A program made the translations under genes and the position numbers. Below are positions 1 to 12,328 of a stretch of 64,000 nucleotides of DNA, one piece after another. Every line of letters begins with the position of its first letter. The stretch's first letter is position 1. This stretch comes from Octopus sinensis (Eukaryota): assembly GCF_006345805.1 (NCBI RefSeq), contig NW_021824847.1:591-64590 (forward strand), written 5' to 3'. The notes beneath the pieces were generated by a model, which saw only the letters and a program-made list of their open reading frames with translations, did not search any database and was not told the origin of the DNA.

Positions 1-129
1 CAAATTGTTTTAATTACCAGGTGATCAATCACCGTGTAAAGACCCAGGGGCAATGATTGTTATCTATTTTAAGACATTTTTCAACCCCCGTCTTCAATGA
101 ACCTTATTCTTTTACTTTTTACTGATGAT

Positions 130-540
130 TGTTTATTAACAATCATCATAGATGAAGTGGACACAAATTCAACTGCTGGTCCTGATTGTTTCCCAGCAAT
201 CCTCCTCAAAGCGTGTAAGTATGCCCTGGCAAAACCCCTCAAGATTCTCTTCCAGAGCTTTCTTACAAATGGCAAACTGCCAAGCAAGCTGAAGTGACGA
301 TGGGAGAGGTATGCAGTAATATATATCTGGAAGTTCCTGGAAGGAACTGCGCCAAATTTTGGCATTGTAAGCTACACCAATGCTAGAACGGAACGACACT
401 GAGGTGCAAATGAGGGTAGCTATATCAAACTCCATTCTTCACCAAGTGCCACATATTAGAGGAGGCTCTTAGTAATAACAGTGTAGCAGAAAACGGCGGT
501 GCATCAGCATGGACGCAGCTCTGAGCTGAAACTAGAAAGG
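130..540 (+). mobile_element. CR1/L2-group LINE fragment with a large internal deletion
   Basis: RT N-terminal motif AGPDCFPAILLKACKYALAKPL fused at about 297 to the C-terminal RWERYAVIYIWKFLEG..PNFGI; 3' tail ggcggtgc..cagcatgg..cag..ctgaaac. Confidence 0.75.
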
Positions 541-700
541 AAAAGGAAAGGAAAAATGAAACTATTGAGGTGGTGCTCCAGCATGGCCACAGTCAAATGA
601 CTGAAACAAGTAAAAGGGTAAGACAATAAATAATAAATAAGAGAAACACTATATTGTTACTGAATCCTTTTCCCCTCGTTTGCGAAATCAAACACACACA

Positions 701-743
<43 letters not shown>

Positions 744-914
744 ATATACATCCAACGCGTATTTACAGAGAGAGAGGGGGTGAAAAGGAGGCGCAATTTA
801 AGACGCTGATGTTGAATATGTCTAAGACGATGTTTATAATACTGATGTTGATTAATAAAAACTATTTAAACAGTCAAATAATTGTCCGTGTTTATTTTTC
901 TATTGTTTTATGTT

Positions 915-1165
915 CGACATGGGCTGGACACGTCGCCCGGCTCACCGATAATCGGTGGACGCTCGCAGTTGCCGAGTGGTACCCGCGCGAGCGGAAAAGA
1001 CCACCCGGAAGACCTCCACGACGGTGGAGTTACGATTTCAGGAGGACGATTGGGATCACGTGGATGAGAAAGGCGCGATCCAGAGAGGAGTGGACAGTGT
1101 GCTGTGACCAGTGGTGTCAGATGGACGCCTGATGGACGGGTCGGTCAAGGTGATCAAGGGGATAT
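915..1165 (+). mobile_element. RTE-clade LINE 3' end
   Basis: WAGHVARLTDNRWT..W.PRERKRPPGRPPRRW C-terminal signature. Confidence 0.85.
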
Positions 1166-1210
1166 TCGACATATTTTTTTGCATTTGTGTACATTTAAAC
1201 TAATTAAATG

Positions 1211-1378
1211 TGGAGGCGCAATGGCCCAGTGGTTAGGGCAGCGGACTCGCGGTCGGAGGATCGCAGTTTCGATTCCCAGACCGGGCGTTGTGTGTGTTTA
1301 TTGAGCGAAAACACCTAAAAGCTCCACGGGGCTCCGGCAGGGGATGGTGGCGACCCCTCTTGTACTCTTGTCACAAAT
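1211..1378 (+). mobile_element. SINE family C, 5' part
   Basis: tggaggcgcaatggcccagtggttagggcagcggactcgcggtc, tRNA-like head. Confidence 0.85.
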
Positions 1379-1602
1379 ATAGGTTTGGTACTACACAGCG
1401 TCTGAGTTTAAACATTCAGAAGTCCAACTATGTCCCACTCCTACATTTTCTGTCAATAAACTTACATTTAGAGAAACCGACCTCCTGCCGACATCAGTAT
1501 ATGTTAAACGTAAATTTTACTGTGGCTGAGATTTTTGTGATTACATTTGTACTTACTGAAGTTAAGTGTAAATTCAAATACGGATGATTCATTTATAAAA
1601 TA

Positions 1603-1966
1603 CTAGCACTATGACCCGGCGTTGCCGGGTCATAGTGCTAGTGCATGCATATACAGCTGCGTGCGTGGGCACATACACGCGAGTACTGTCCAAATCTCCG
1701 ACCAATCACATACAGCTAGTTGGCATTCAATTGGCGTATCAAGTTTCGGGCATTTTGATTGGGTTTCGGATAGAAAATTGACAAAAAAGTCACTTCTGAT
1801 TTTTTAATGGCTTCGCGGGGTGACTGGGGAAATGTAAAGATGTGCACGACCACCCTTGGACGGGTTTGAATGACCATAGAGAGTGCGAGCCTCTAACTGA
1901 AACTTTGTGGATTTGTATAAAGGACACACACACAGACAGACATTTTGCTGTTTATATATAGAGAGA
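1603..1966 (-). mobile_element. Helitron-like element, different family
   Basis: ctag..gacccggcgttgccgggtc hairpin at one end, tttatatatagagaga at the other. Confidence 0.6.
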
Positions 1967-2039
1967 TAAAAATTAACGTCTCTAGTAATGATGATGATGA
2001 TGATATTGATTTTAAGGGAGGGCTGCAGACACTGGCACT

Positions 2040-2815
2040 TCATCTATTACGATGACGAGTGTTCCAGTTAAATCGATCAACAGAACAGCCAGCTCCTGAA
2101 ATAAACGTGCAAGTGGCTGAGTACCTCACAGACACATGTACCCTTAACGGCGGCGGCGAGCTGGCAGAAACGTTAGCACGCCGGGGCGAAATGCTTGGCA
2201 GTATTTCGTCTGCCGCTACGTTCTGAGTTCAAATTCCGCCGAGGTCGACTTTGCCTTTCCTCCTTTCGGAGTCGATTAATTTAAGTACCAGTTACGCACT
2301 GGGGTCAATGTAATCGACTTAATCCCTTTATCTGTCCTTGTTTGTCCTCTCTATGTTTAGCCCCTTGTAGGCAATAAAGAAATAAGAAACATTAGCACGC
2401 CGGGCGAAATGCTTAGCAATATTTCGTCTGCCGTTACATTCTGAGTTCAAATTCCACCGAAGTCGACTTCGCCTTTCATCCTTTCGGGGTCGATAAATTA
2501 AGTATCAGTTACGAACTGGGATCGATGTAATCGACTTATTCCGTTTGTCTATCCTCGTTTGTCCCCTCTATGTTTAGCCCCTTGTGGGCAATAAAGGAAT
2601 AAGACACATGTACCCTTAATGTACTTCTTGGGGAGATTCAGCGTGACACAGAATGTGACAAGGCTGACCCTTTGAGTTAAAGGTACTATTCATTTTTGTC
2701 AGCTAAGTGGACTGGAGCAACTTGAAATAAAGTGTCTTGCTTAAGATCACAGCGCGCCGCCAGGAATCGAGCTCATGGCCTTACGACCGCGAACCGAATA
2801 CCCTAATCACTAAAT
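2040..2815 (-). mobile_element. Old SINE C interrupted by SINE B dimer
   Basis: Reverse consensus on both sides of the insertion. Confidence 0.7.
2151..2601 (+). mobile_element. SINE family B dimer nested in SINE C
   Basis: ggcggcgagctggcagaaacgttagc...ttctgagttcaaattcc; 18-bp TSD agacacatgtacccttaa (2130-2147 / 2602-2619). Confidence 0.9.
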
Positions 2816-2962
2816 CATTCACCGTCATTTTAACTGAGTTATATGATATTTTGTAGAGATTTAACTCCGAATTTAAGTGAAACAAAGACCTCGCATCAAC
2901 AAATGCAGAAAGCGAAAGAACATGGTCCAGCCATTTAAATATATGAACAGACGCCTGTTTAT

Positions 2963-3128
2963 AGGCGCAGGAGTGGCTGTGTGGTAAATAGCTTGTTTAC
3001 CAACCACATGGTTCTGGGTTCAGTCCCACTGCCTGGCACCTTGGGCAAGTGTCTCTTACTATTGTCTCGGGTCTACCAAAGCCTTGTGAGTGGATTTGGT
3101 AGACGGAAACTGAAAGAAGCCTGTCGTA

Positions 3129-3173
<45 letters not shown>

Positions 3174-3640
3174 ATAACGGAAGGTTTACAAAAATAAACA
3201 AAAGACGAAGGCAGGTGGAGTACAAACAAACAATGTATTAGCATGGCGCTCAGGAATAGAAATAAAACAAGTCTTTTACGTTTCGAGCCTACGCTCTTCG
3301 ACAGAAAGATACACAGAAAAGAAACAAGGAGAGAAACAAGGAGAGAAAAAAATTGCGTGTAGGGGCTAACGATCCAACATGGCGTTCCATGTATATATAT
3401 ATATGTATGTGTGTATATGTTTGTTTGTTTGTGTTTGTCCCCCCCCTAGCATTGCTTGACAACCGATGCTGGTGTGTTTACATCCCCGTAACTTAGCGAT
3501 TCAGCAAAAGAGTCAGATAGAATATGTACTAGGCTTACAAAGAATAAGTACTGGAGTCGGTCGATTTGCTCGACTAAAGGCGGTGCTCCAGCATGGCCGC
3601 AGTCAAATGACCGAAACAAGTAAAAGAGTAAAAAAAACGA
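2963..3640 (+). mobile_element. SINE family A (tRNA-type head, internal TA/TG microsatellite, CR1/L2-like tail), interrupted
   Basis: aggcgcaggagtggctgtgtggtaa (A box), gggttcagtccc (B box) ... gactgaaacaagtaaaagag. Confidence 0.85.
3165..3385 (-). mobile_element. Penelope-like terminal repeat fragment with degenerate hammerhead, inserted in a SINE A microsatellite
   Basis: Minus strand tcttt-CTGTCGA-a-gagc gtag gctc-GAAAcgta-aaaga; related copy at 23330-23520. Confidence 0.5.
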
Positions 3641-3859
3641 TGGAAAATGTCGAATTCTAAAATATTCGAATACAGTAGCTGTATACAAATGCTTGAAAAT
3701 TTAATTGCTGTACGCAAGTGCTGTCTCGATCGATAAAAATAGAGGAACGTACAGAGGTGATAATTAATTAATAATAAATGTGGTCTTTGTTGGTGTATTC
3801 GTTCGTGTATTTTTTTTTTAGTCAACTCGGCACAGACAAGCAGATTAATGAGTGTGGGG

Positions 3860-4851
3860 TGTGCTGCGTGCGTGTGGTGTGAAACTGTGTGTGTGTGTGT
3901 CTCTGTGCGAATGTGCGTGCGTGTATGTGTGCATGTACATGTGTGCGTGTCTGTGTATGTCAGTGTATGTGAGTATGTGTGTGTAGTATGTGTGTGTGCG
4001 TGCGTTTGTGTATGTGTCTGTGTGGTGTATACGTGTGGGTGGGTGTTTGTCTGTGCGAGTGTGCGTGCGTGTATGTGTGTATGTACATGTGTGCGTGACT
4101 GTGTATGTCAGTGTATGTGAGTATGTGTGTGAGTGTTCACGCATGTGTGCGTGCGTCTGTGTATGCGTGTGTGTGTATACGTGTGGGTATGTGAATGTGT
4201 GTGTGTCTGTGCGAGTGTGCGTGCGTGTATGTGTGTATGTGCATGTGTGCGTGTCTGTGTATGTCTGTGTATGTGAGTATGTGTGTGTGTGTTCGCGCAT
4301 GTGTGCGTGCGTCTGTGTATGTGTGTATGTGTGTGTGTGTATACCTGTGGGTGTGTGAATGTGTGTATGTGTCTGTGCGAGTGAGGTGCGTGTATATGTG
4401 TATGTGCGTGTGTCTGTGTATGTCCATGTGAGTATGTGTGTGTCTGTTCGCGCATGTGTGCGTGCGTATGTGTGTGTATACGTGTCGGTGTGTGAGTGTG
4501 TGTGCGTCTGTGTCTGTGCGAGTGTGCGTGCGTGTATGTGTGTATGTGCATGTGTACGTGTCTGTGTATGTCAGTGTATGTGTGTGTGTGTGTGTTCGCG
4601 CGTGTGTGCGTGCGTCTATGTATGTGTGTGCATGTGTGTGTGTATGTGTATACGTGTGGGTGTGTGAGTGTGTGTGTGTGTGCGTCTGTGTCTGTGCGAG
4701 TGTGTGTGTGTATGTATTCATATATGTATGTATGTATGTCTGTCTGTATGTATATATGTATGTATGTACGTGCGTGTCTGTGTGTGTGCGTCTGTGTGTG
4801 TACGTCTGTGTGTCTCTGGATATCAGTGTATGTGAGTATATATATGTGTGT

Positions 4852-4898
<47 letters not shown>

Positions 4899-4900
4899 CT
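3860..4900. repeat. Compound (TG/CG/TA) microsatellite with higher-order units of about 140-170 bp
   Basis: Marker gtatacgtgtggg recurs near 4027, 4176, 4339, 4476 and 4647. Confidence 0.85.
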
Positions 4901-5270
4901 GTGTATGTGTGTTCGTGCCTGCCTATGCATGTATGTATCGATATATATATGTACGTATGTGTGTGCGCTTATGTTATTTATTTCGTGTCTCTTTAAGCCA
5001 ATTGCAGCTACGAACTTGGCGGTGTGGTTAAGAAGCTCGCTTTGCAATCACGTAATTTTGAGTTCAGTTCCACTAAGTGGCACCTTGAATTAGTGTCTCC
5101 TTTTATAACACCCGGGTTAATCAATGCCATCTGAGTAAATTTGTTAAACCGAAAATGTGCAGAATCCCTTCACGTATATATATGTGTGTGTGTGTCTGTG
5201 TGTGTGTGTGTGTATGTCCATGTGAGTATGTGTGTGTGTGTTCGCGCATGTGTGCATGCGTATGTGTGTG

Positions 5271-5302
<32 letters not shown>

Positions 5303-5409
5303 CATATATATATATACATATATATATATATATTTGAGTAGTTGAATGAATTATCTTATTAAGGATAATTCGAAAGATAACCGATACCTGGGTAGCAAAT
5401 TCACATCAG

Positions 5410-5469
5410 AAAGAACACGGTGAAGCTACGTCCCTAGGGCATAGACTACGTGTCTTCGTGCGGAAATTT
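5410..5469 (+). CDS. Candidate internal exon (KEHGEATSLGHRLRVFVRKF)
   Basis: cacatcag|...|gtatgt; 60 nt; only phase 0-0 is open; lies in a unique island among repeats. Confidence 0.25.
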
Positions 5470-5509
5470 GTATGTTTATTTTAAAATTATAAGTATATGA
5501 AATAATATA

Positions 5510-5555
<46 letters not shown>

Positions 5556-5859
5556 TGTGTGGTGTGTCTGTGTTTGTTCTTCACCACGACTGACAACTGC
5601 TATTAATTTGTTCACGTCCCCGTAACTTAGTGGTTCGACAAAAGTAGCCGATTTAATAAGCACCAAACTTTAAAAATAAGCAATGAGATTGATCTGTGGG
5701 AACTATACTCGTCAAGGCGGTGCCCCAGTATAACCGCAGTCCAATAAACGAAACATGTAGAAGATAAAAAAATAAATGAAGGGAGGTCACTCTAATTTTA
5801 TTATTTTGGTCTTGAAACGATCGGTGAAGAAGAAAATATGATAGAAACTAGAATATACA

Positions 5860-6384
5860 TCAGGTCATCCCATAAGTTCTGTCCGAATTTTGAATAAAGA
5901 AAACAAGTGATCACATGTTATATTTAATTGAAATTTAATCATCAATGTACTTTCCCCGATTATCTACGACTTCCTCCCATTTATTTACAAGCTTTTTAAT
6001 CCCATCAATATAACACTCTTTTGGTTTCAAAGCGAAGAACTCTGAAATGTCAGTTTCGACCTCCACTTCTGAATTTTGCAAACCATCTTCTGCAAGTTCT
6101 TTCATTCAAACATTCTTTCCCATAAACTGAGTGTATGTTTCAAGTCGCTTCGGCTGCAGAGTTTCCCTTTTTGTACTCATAAAGCATTATGTGCCATTAA
6201 TGTTCTTTGGATACTTCCATGTTAAAAAGGATTTTAATCAAAGAAATTTAAATTCTATTATTCTGTAAAATAATATTTAATTGCATAAAATTATTTTTTA
6301 ATTCCATTAGACATTCTAAAATACTATTAAATTTTATTCAGTTTTAAAAAGGTAAAATCGAACAGAACTTATGGGATGACCTGA
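5860..6384 (-). mobile_element. Mariner deletion derivative
   Basis: TIR tcaggtcatcccataagttctgt.cga at both ends; TA on the right flank; C-terminal DGIKKLVNKWEEVVDNRGKYIDD* on minus strand. Confidence 0.85.
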
Positions 6385-6405
6385 TACATTAAAAGGAAAT
6401 GTAAA

Positions 6406-6567
6406 AGGCGCATGAGTAGCTGTGTGGTAAGTAGCTTGCCTACCAACCACATGGTTCCGGGTTCAGTCCCACTGCGTGGCACCTTCGGCAAGTGTCTTCT
6501 ACTATAGCCTCGGGCCGACCAAAGCCTTGTGAGTGGATTTGTAGACGGAAACTGAAAGAAGACCGTC

Positions 6568-6607
<40 letters not shown>

Positions 6608-6846
6608 TATATGTGTGTGTGTGTGCGTGTGTGTTTGTGTGTCTGTGTCTGTCCCCCTAGCATTGCTTGACAACCAATGCTGGTGTGTTTATGTCCCCGC
6701 CACTTTGCGGTTGGGCAAAAAGAGACCGATAGAATAAGTACTGGGCTTACAAAGAAATAAGTCCCGGGGTCGAGTTGTTCGACTAAAGGCGGTGCTCCAG
6801 CATGGCTGCAGTCAAATGACTGAAACAAGTAAAAGAGTAAAAGAGA
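6406..6846 (+). mobile_element. SINE A, full length
   Basis: Consensus head to tail. Confidence 0.9.
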
Positions 6847-7024
6847 GAGTAACTTGTATCCGAAGAGGTTTTCCATCTCTACTCTTATGATATCTGTTTC
6901 TGTGTAACTACTCATACATTTATTTACTAAATGCGGTTTCTCAAAATGAACTATTGAATTTATTAGACGTTGGATAATTTAAAGAAAAATGGATTCTAGT
7001 AAATGAGAACTAAATTGAATATAT

Positions 7025-7460
7025 AGGCGCAGGAGTGGCTGTGTGGTAAGTAGCTTGCTTGCCAACCACATGGTTCCGGGTTCAGTCCCACTGCGTGGCA
7101 CCTTGGGCAAGTGTCTTCTACTATAGCCTCGGGCCGACCAAAGCCTTGTGAGTGGATTTGGTAGACGGAAACTGAAAGAAACCCGTCGTATATATATGTA
7201 TATATATATATATATGTGTGTGCGTGTGTGTGTGTGTGTGTGTGTATGCTTGTGTGTCTGTGTCTGTCCCCCTAGCATTGCTTGACAACCAATGCTGGTG
7301 TGTTTATGTCCCAGTCACCTAGCGGTTGGGCAAAAAGAGACCGATAGAATAAGTACTGGGCTTACAAAGAATAAGTCCCGGGGTCGAGTTGTTCGACTGA
7401 AGGCGGTGCTCCAGTATGGCTGCAGTCAAATGACTGCAACAAGTAAAAGAGAAAAAGAGA
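7025..7460 (+). mobile_element. SINE A, full length
   Basis: Consensus head to tail. Confidence 0.9.
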
Positions 7461-7562
7461 GTATGAATATATATAAGACTTCATTTTTCTGGGTACCTTC
7501 ATATATGAGAGCATGGAGAAAATAATTCTGTGCGTTTGCACACTTTAATCATTATTATAAAA

Positions 7563-7775
7563 GGTGGCGAGCTGGCAGAATCGTTAGTACGCCCGGCGAA
7601 ATGCTTAGTAGTATTTCTTCCGTCTTTATGTTCTGAGTTCAAGTTCTGCCGAGGTTCACTCTGCCTTTCATCCTTTCAGGGTCGATAAAATAAGTACCAG
7701 TTAAATACTGGATTCGATGTAATCAACTTACCCCTCACCCGAAATTGCTAGCTTTATACAAAAAATTTGAAACTA
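7563..7775 (+). mobile_element. SINE B, alternative-tail variant
   Basis: Same head and core; tail cccc...cccgaaatt. Confidence 0.8.
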
Positions 7776-7799
7776 ATATTATTGTATGACGTTTAAAAT

Positions 7800-8020
7800 C
7801 CAATAGGGTTGCCATAGTTCAAATACTACAAAGAGAATTCGCTCGTGTGTACATAGACGCTTTATCTAAATAATTCTACTTCATGTTAGAAATGGATCTT
7901 ATTATTTTTCAAGAATCACATATGTACTTCAAGTTTTGCCTCCATTCATTTTGGAACTGTTCTAAATATATAGCTATGTTGATGAAGTCGGTTCTTAAAT
8001 TGTTTTGCGGTTATACCTGT
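7800..8020 (-). mobile_element. Decayed Penelope-like GIY-YIG endonuclease fragment
   Basis: Translates as TGITAKQFKNRLHQHSYIFR...EVHM*FLKNNKIHF with stops, resembling PLE YIG-TxxxFKxRxxxH. Confidence 0.5.
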
Positions 8021-8034
8021 TTAATCAGTGAGTT

Positions 8035-8105
8035 GCATCGGTGGTTCAGTGGAAGAATGCTTGCCTGCCACGCGGGCGGCCCGGGTTCGATTCCCGGTCG
8101 ATCCA
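8035..8105 (+). tRNA. tRNA-Gly(GCC), probably a pseudogene
   Basis: 71 nt, nearly identical to invertebrate tRNA-Gly; anticodon GCC at 8067-8069; about 4 substitutions including a C2:C71 acceptor-stem mismatch; no T4 terminator downstream. Confidence 0.8.
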
Positions 8106-8122
8106 CTTGCATTTAAAAATAG

Positions 8123-8365
8123 GGCGGCGAGCTGGCAGAATCGTTAGCACGCCGGGCGAAGTGCTTAGCCGTATTTCGTCTGCCGTTACGTTCTGAGTTC
8201 AAATTCCGCCGAGGTCGACTTTGCCTTTCATCCTTTCGGGGTCGATTAAATAAGTACCAGTTACGCACTGGGGTCGATATAATCGAATTAATCCGTTTGT
8301 CTGTCCTTGTTTGTCCTCTCTGTGTTTAGCCCCTTGTGGGTAGTAAAGAAATAGGTATTTCGTCT
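8123..8365 (+). mobile_element. SINE B
   Basis: Consensus; ends with the internal restart ggtatttcgtctg. Confidence 0.9.
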
Positions 8366-8647
8366 GAATTTAGGAATTCCCAATAAGTTATGAATACCCA
8401 AATTGTGAAGTCAGTTATGTAATAAGATGAAATTAGTTACCCGATAGTAAGAATTCAAATAAAGTAGCCCCGAAAAGGGCTTTAATGCGTTCCTAGAGTA
8501 TATAGAACATAGGAGGAAATACTAATAAGGCATGTATACTAAAATCACGAAGCATGTTACGTAATAACAGGCCAATCAGATATGAGATAATAACAATTCA
8601 AAACAAATAACTCTGAAAAGGGCTTTTGTACGTTCCCAGAGAATATT

Positions 8648-9045
8648 CTTTTCTACTATAGGGAAAAGGCCCGAAATTTTGGGGGAGGGGGCCAGCCGAT
8701 TAGATCGACTCCAGTATGCGACTGGTACTTAATTTAACGACCCCGAAATGATGAAAGGTGAAGTCGACCTCGGCTGAATTTGAACTCAGAACGTAAAGAC
8801 AGACGAAATACCTATTTCTTTACTACCCACAAGGGGCTAAACACAGAGAGGACAAACAAGGACAGACAAACGGATTAAGTTGATTATATCGACCCCAGTG
8901 CGTAACTGGTATTTATTTAATCGACCCCCTAAAGGATGAAAGGCAAAGTCGACCTCGGCGGAATTTGAACTCAGAACGTAGCGGCAGACGAAATACCGCT
9001 AAGCATTTCTCCAAGCGTGCTAACGTTTCTCCAGCTCACCGCCCT
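8648..9045 (-). mobile_element. SINE B dimer with two different tails
   Basis: 16-bp TSD gttcccagagaatatt (8632-8647 / 9046-9061). Confidence 0.9.
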
Positions 9046-9528
9046 GTTCCCAGAGAATATTATCCTCAGCGGCGATAGTGTTTATACATTCGTGAATAAG
9101 TCACTAACCGAAATAAGCGATTCTATTGCTTAGGAAAATGCTGTTTTTTCATTTTTAAGGATTGTACTGGATAATCTGAGAAAATAACTCTAACAGTTCA
9201 AATACTAAGAAATAAGCATACTCAATTTGATTTATACCAAATGATTTAGGAAAATGAATGGGTTATTTCCCTTGGCTGTTAAAATGAAATCTATCAGAGA
9301 TATATAAGGATCCTTTCAAGGGGCCAACAATCTGAGTATGACATGAGGTTTCCAGACGTGAGTTCTACGCACGTGTCAAGTTTCATCAAAATCGATAAAG
9401 CGATGTAGGAGGAGTTAGCTAACAACTCCACAAACACACACACACAGAATTTCCCACATATGTATATATATATATATGAAGAAAAAGAACATGGAGATTG
9501 GGAACTTAAGACAACCTCTAATCGAATT

Positions 9529-9560
<32 letters not shown>

Positions 9561-9561
<1 letters not shown>

Positions 9562-11110
9562 CACAATCAAGGAACGGCCATAATAGGCCATTCACCCACT
9601 AGAAATAACAGCCAAAGCTTCAACCGCAAAATAACATTAATTCCGTAAACCAGGAGAAAATTAAAAAACATTTACCCTGTAATTTCTTATACGATGCACC
9701 GTTTCATCTACTGTTTAATGGTAAACTAACCTGATTAAATTAAATCAAGCCAATCTTCCATAGGCCCTTAGATTCGTCAGTAAGAAATAGCCAGATCGGA
9801 ACAGATATTTTCACGAGGCATTTCTGTCCCTGCCTCGGCAATATCTGACCTAAAATTTTCAAATCATCGCACTCGCGCCAAATTTATCGGCAGCAAATAA
9901 ATATAAGCCGCCGATTCCATTACGGAATTAACCAGAAAATTCATAATTAATCAATATAGGGTGGCAAAAAATTTTGTAGAATTTTAAAAAAAAAAAAAAA
10001 AAAAAAATTCTACAAAAAATGGTCTATGACTATTAAAATTTTTCCCACTAGGTCGCTGGTGGCAAAAAAAAAAAAAAAAAAAAAAAAATTCTACAAAATT
10101 TTTTGCCACCCTATATTGATTAATTATGAATTTTCTGGTTAATTCCGTAATGGAATCGGCGGCTTATATTTATTGGCTGCCGATAAATTTGGCGCGAGTG
10201 CGATGATTTGAAAATTTTAGGTCAGATATTGCCGAGGCAGGGACAGAAATGCCTCGTGAAAATATCTGTTCCGATCTGGCTATTTCTTACTGACGAATCT
10301 AAGGGCCTATGGAAGATTGGCTTGATTTAATTTAATCAGGTTAGTTTACCATTAAACAGTAGATGAAACGGTGCATCGTATAAGAAATTACAGGGTAAAT
10401 GTTTTTTAATTTTCTCCTGGTTTACGGAATTAATGTTATTTTGCGGTTGAAGCTTGGTGTTATTTCTAGTGGGTGAATGGCCTATTATGGCGTTCCTTGA
10501 TTGTGATGTTGAACTTAAAAATGGTCTATGACTATTTAATTTTTTTCCCACTAGGCCGCTGGTGGCAAAAAAAATTCTACAAAATTTTTTGCCACCCTAT
10601 ATTGATTAATTATGAATTTTCTGGTTAATTCCGTAATGGAATCGGCGGCTATATTTACTTGCTGCCGATAAATTTGGCGCGAGTGCGATGATTTGAAAAT
10701 TTTAGGTCAGATATTGGAGGCAGGGACAGAAATGCCTCGTGAAAATATTCTGTTCCGATCTAGCTATTTCTTACTGATGAATCTAAGGGCCTATGGAAGA
10801 TTGGCTTGATTTAATTAATCAGGTTAGTTTACCATTAAACAGTAGATGAAACGATGCATCGTATAAGAAATTACAGGGTAATGTTTTTTATTTTCTCCTG
10901 GTTTACGGAATTAATGTTATTTTGCGGTTGAAACTTTGGCTTTATTTCTAGTGGGTGAATGGCCTATTATGGCCGTTCCTTGATTGTGATGTTGAACTTA
11001 TAAAATAGTCTATGACTATTTAATTTTTTTCCCACTAGGCCGCTGGTGGCAAAAAAAAAAAAAAAAAAAAATTCTACAAAATTTTTTGGCCACCCTATAT
11101 TGATTAATTA
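9561..11110. repeat. About 490-bp satellite: one inverted copy plus about 2.2 tandem copies
   Basis: 9561-9985 is the reverse complement of about 10081-10506; units start near 10019, 10521 and 11005. Confidence 0.92.
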
Positions 11111-11121
11111 TATTATATATA

Positions 11122-11155
<34 letters not shown>

Positions 11156-11204
11156 TATATATATATATATACATATATATATATGTATATACATATATTA
11201 TATA

Positions 11205-11268
<64 letters not shown>

Positions 11269-11430
11269 AATAATATATATAATATATATTATATATAGAT
11301 ACATATATATATACATATATATATATGTATATATTATATATATATATACATTAATATATAATTATATATATATCACATAATATACATATATATAATACAT
11401 ATATATATGTATATAATATATTAATATTAT
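11110..11430. repeat. (TA)n-rich microsatellite
   Basis: Direct inspection. Confidence 0.95.
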
Positions 11431-11433
11431 TAA

Positions 11434-11522
11434 TACAGTAATCCTTCGCCATAATCGCGGTTCACTTATCGCGAGGGCGGTGGCTGGAACGTAACACCCG
11501 CGATAATCGAGGGATTATTCTA
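11434..11522. mobile_element. Pogo/Tigger-like mini-MITE
   Basis: ta-cagtaatcc(t)tcg ... cgagggatta termini. Confidence 0.45.
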
Positions 11523-11884
11523 CACATATATGTGTGTGTGCGTGTATGTATGTATGTGTGTGTGTGTGTGTACATATATATGTGTATATTTATATACATA
11601 TTTAAATATATTGTATTTCCTTCCAAGACTTTTATAGACGATACTTCGTACCCAAAATTTCACGTGCCAAGGGAACACCGTAATCTATATGTCTGTCTGT
11701 CTCTCTCTCTGCCCCCCTCTCTCTCTCTCTCTCTCTCGGCGCACACGCGTATACATACCATTCTGTCTATCTACATCCATTATATCCATTATTATAGCAA
11801 GATAGGTAGGTATATAGACATTCAGGTAAAAACATAGCTAGAAAGATGTAAATGCGTAGAATTATATGTGTCTATGTATGTATT

Positions 11885-12204
11885 CTCTTGTTCTTTTAAT
11901 TGTTTCAGTCATTTCACTGCGGCCATGCTGGAGTACCACCTTAAATGGTTTTAGTCGAAGAAATCTATCCCAGAGCTTAGTCTCTGTATGCTTAGTACTT
12001 ATTCAGTCGGTCTATTTTGCCGAACCGTTAAGTTACGGGGACGTAAACACACCAACATCGGTTGTCAAGCAATGGTAGGAGGACAAACACAGACACAAAG
12101 ATAGACACACATAAATATATATATACATACATATACATACATATATATACATATACATACATATATGTACATATATATACATATACATACATACATACAT
12201 ATAC

Positions 12205-12245
<41 letters not shown>

Positions 12246-12328
12246 TACACTTATATAAATATATACGACGGGATTCTTTCAGTTTCCGTCTACCAAATCC
12301 ACTCACAAGACTTTGGTCGGCCCGAGGC

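Noticed and set aside
3845-5341. Many HT/CV/YI-rich ORFs
   Set aside because: Dinucleotide microsatellite translations
6406-6480. SINE A, B and C heads as functional tRNA genes
   Set aside because: A/B boxes are present but there is no complete cloverleaf, and they run into repeat bodies with TSDs
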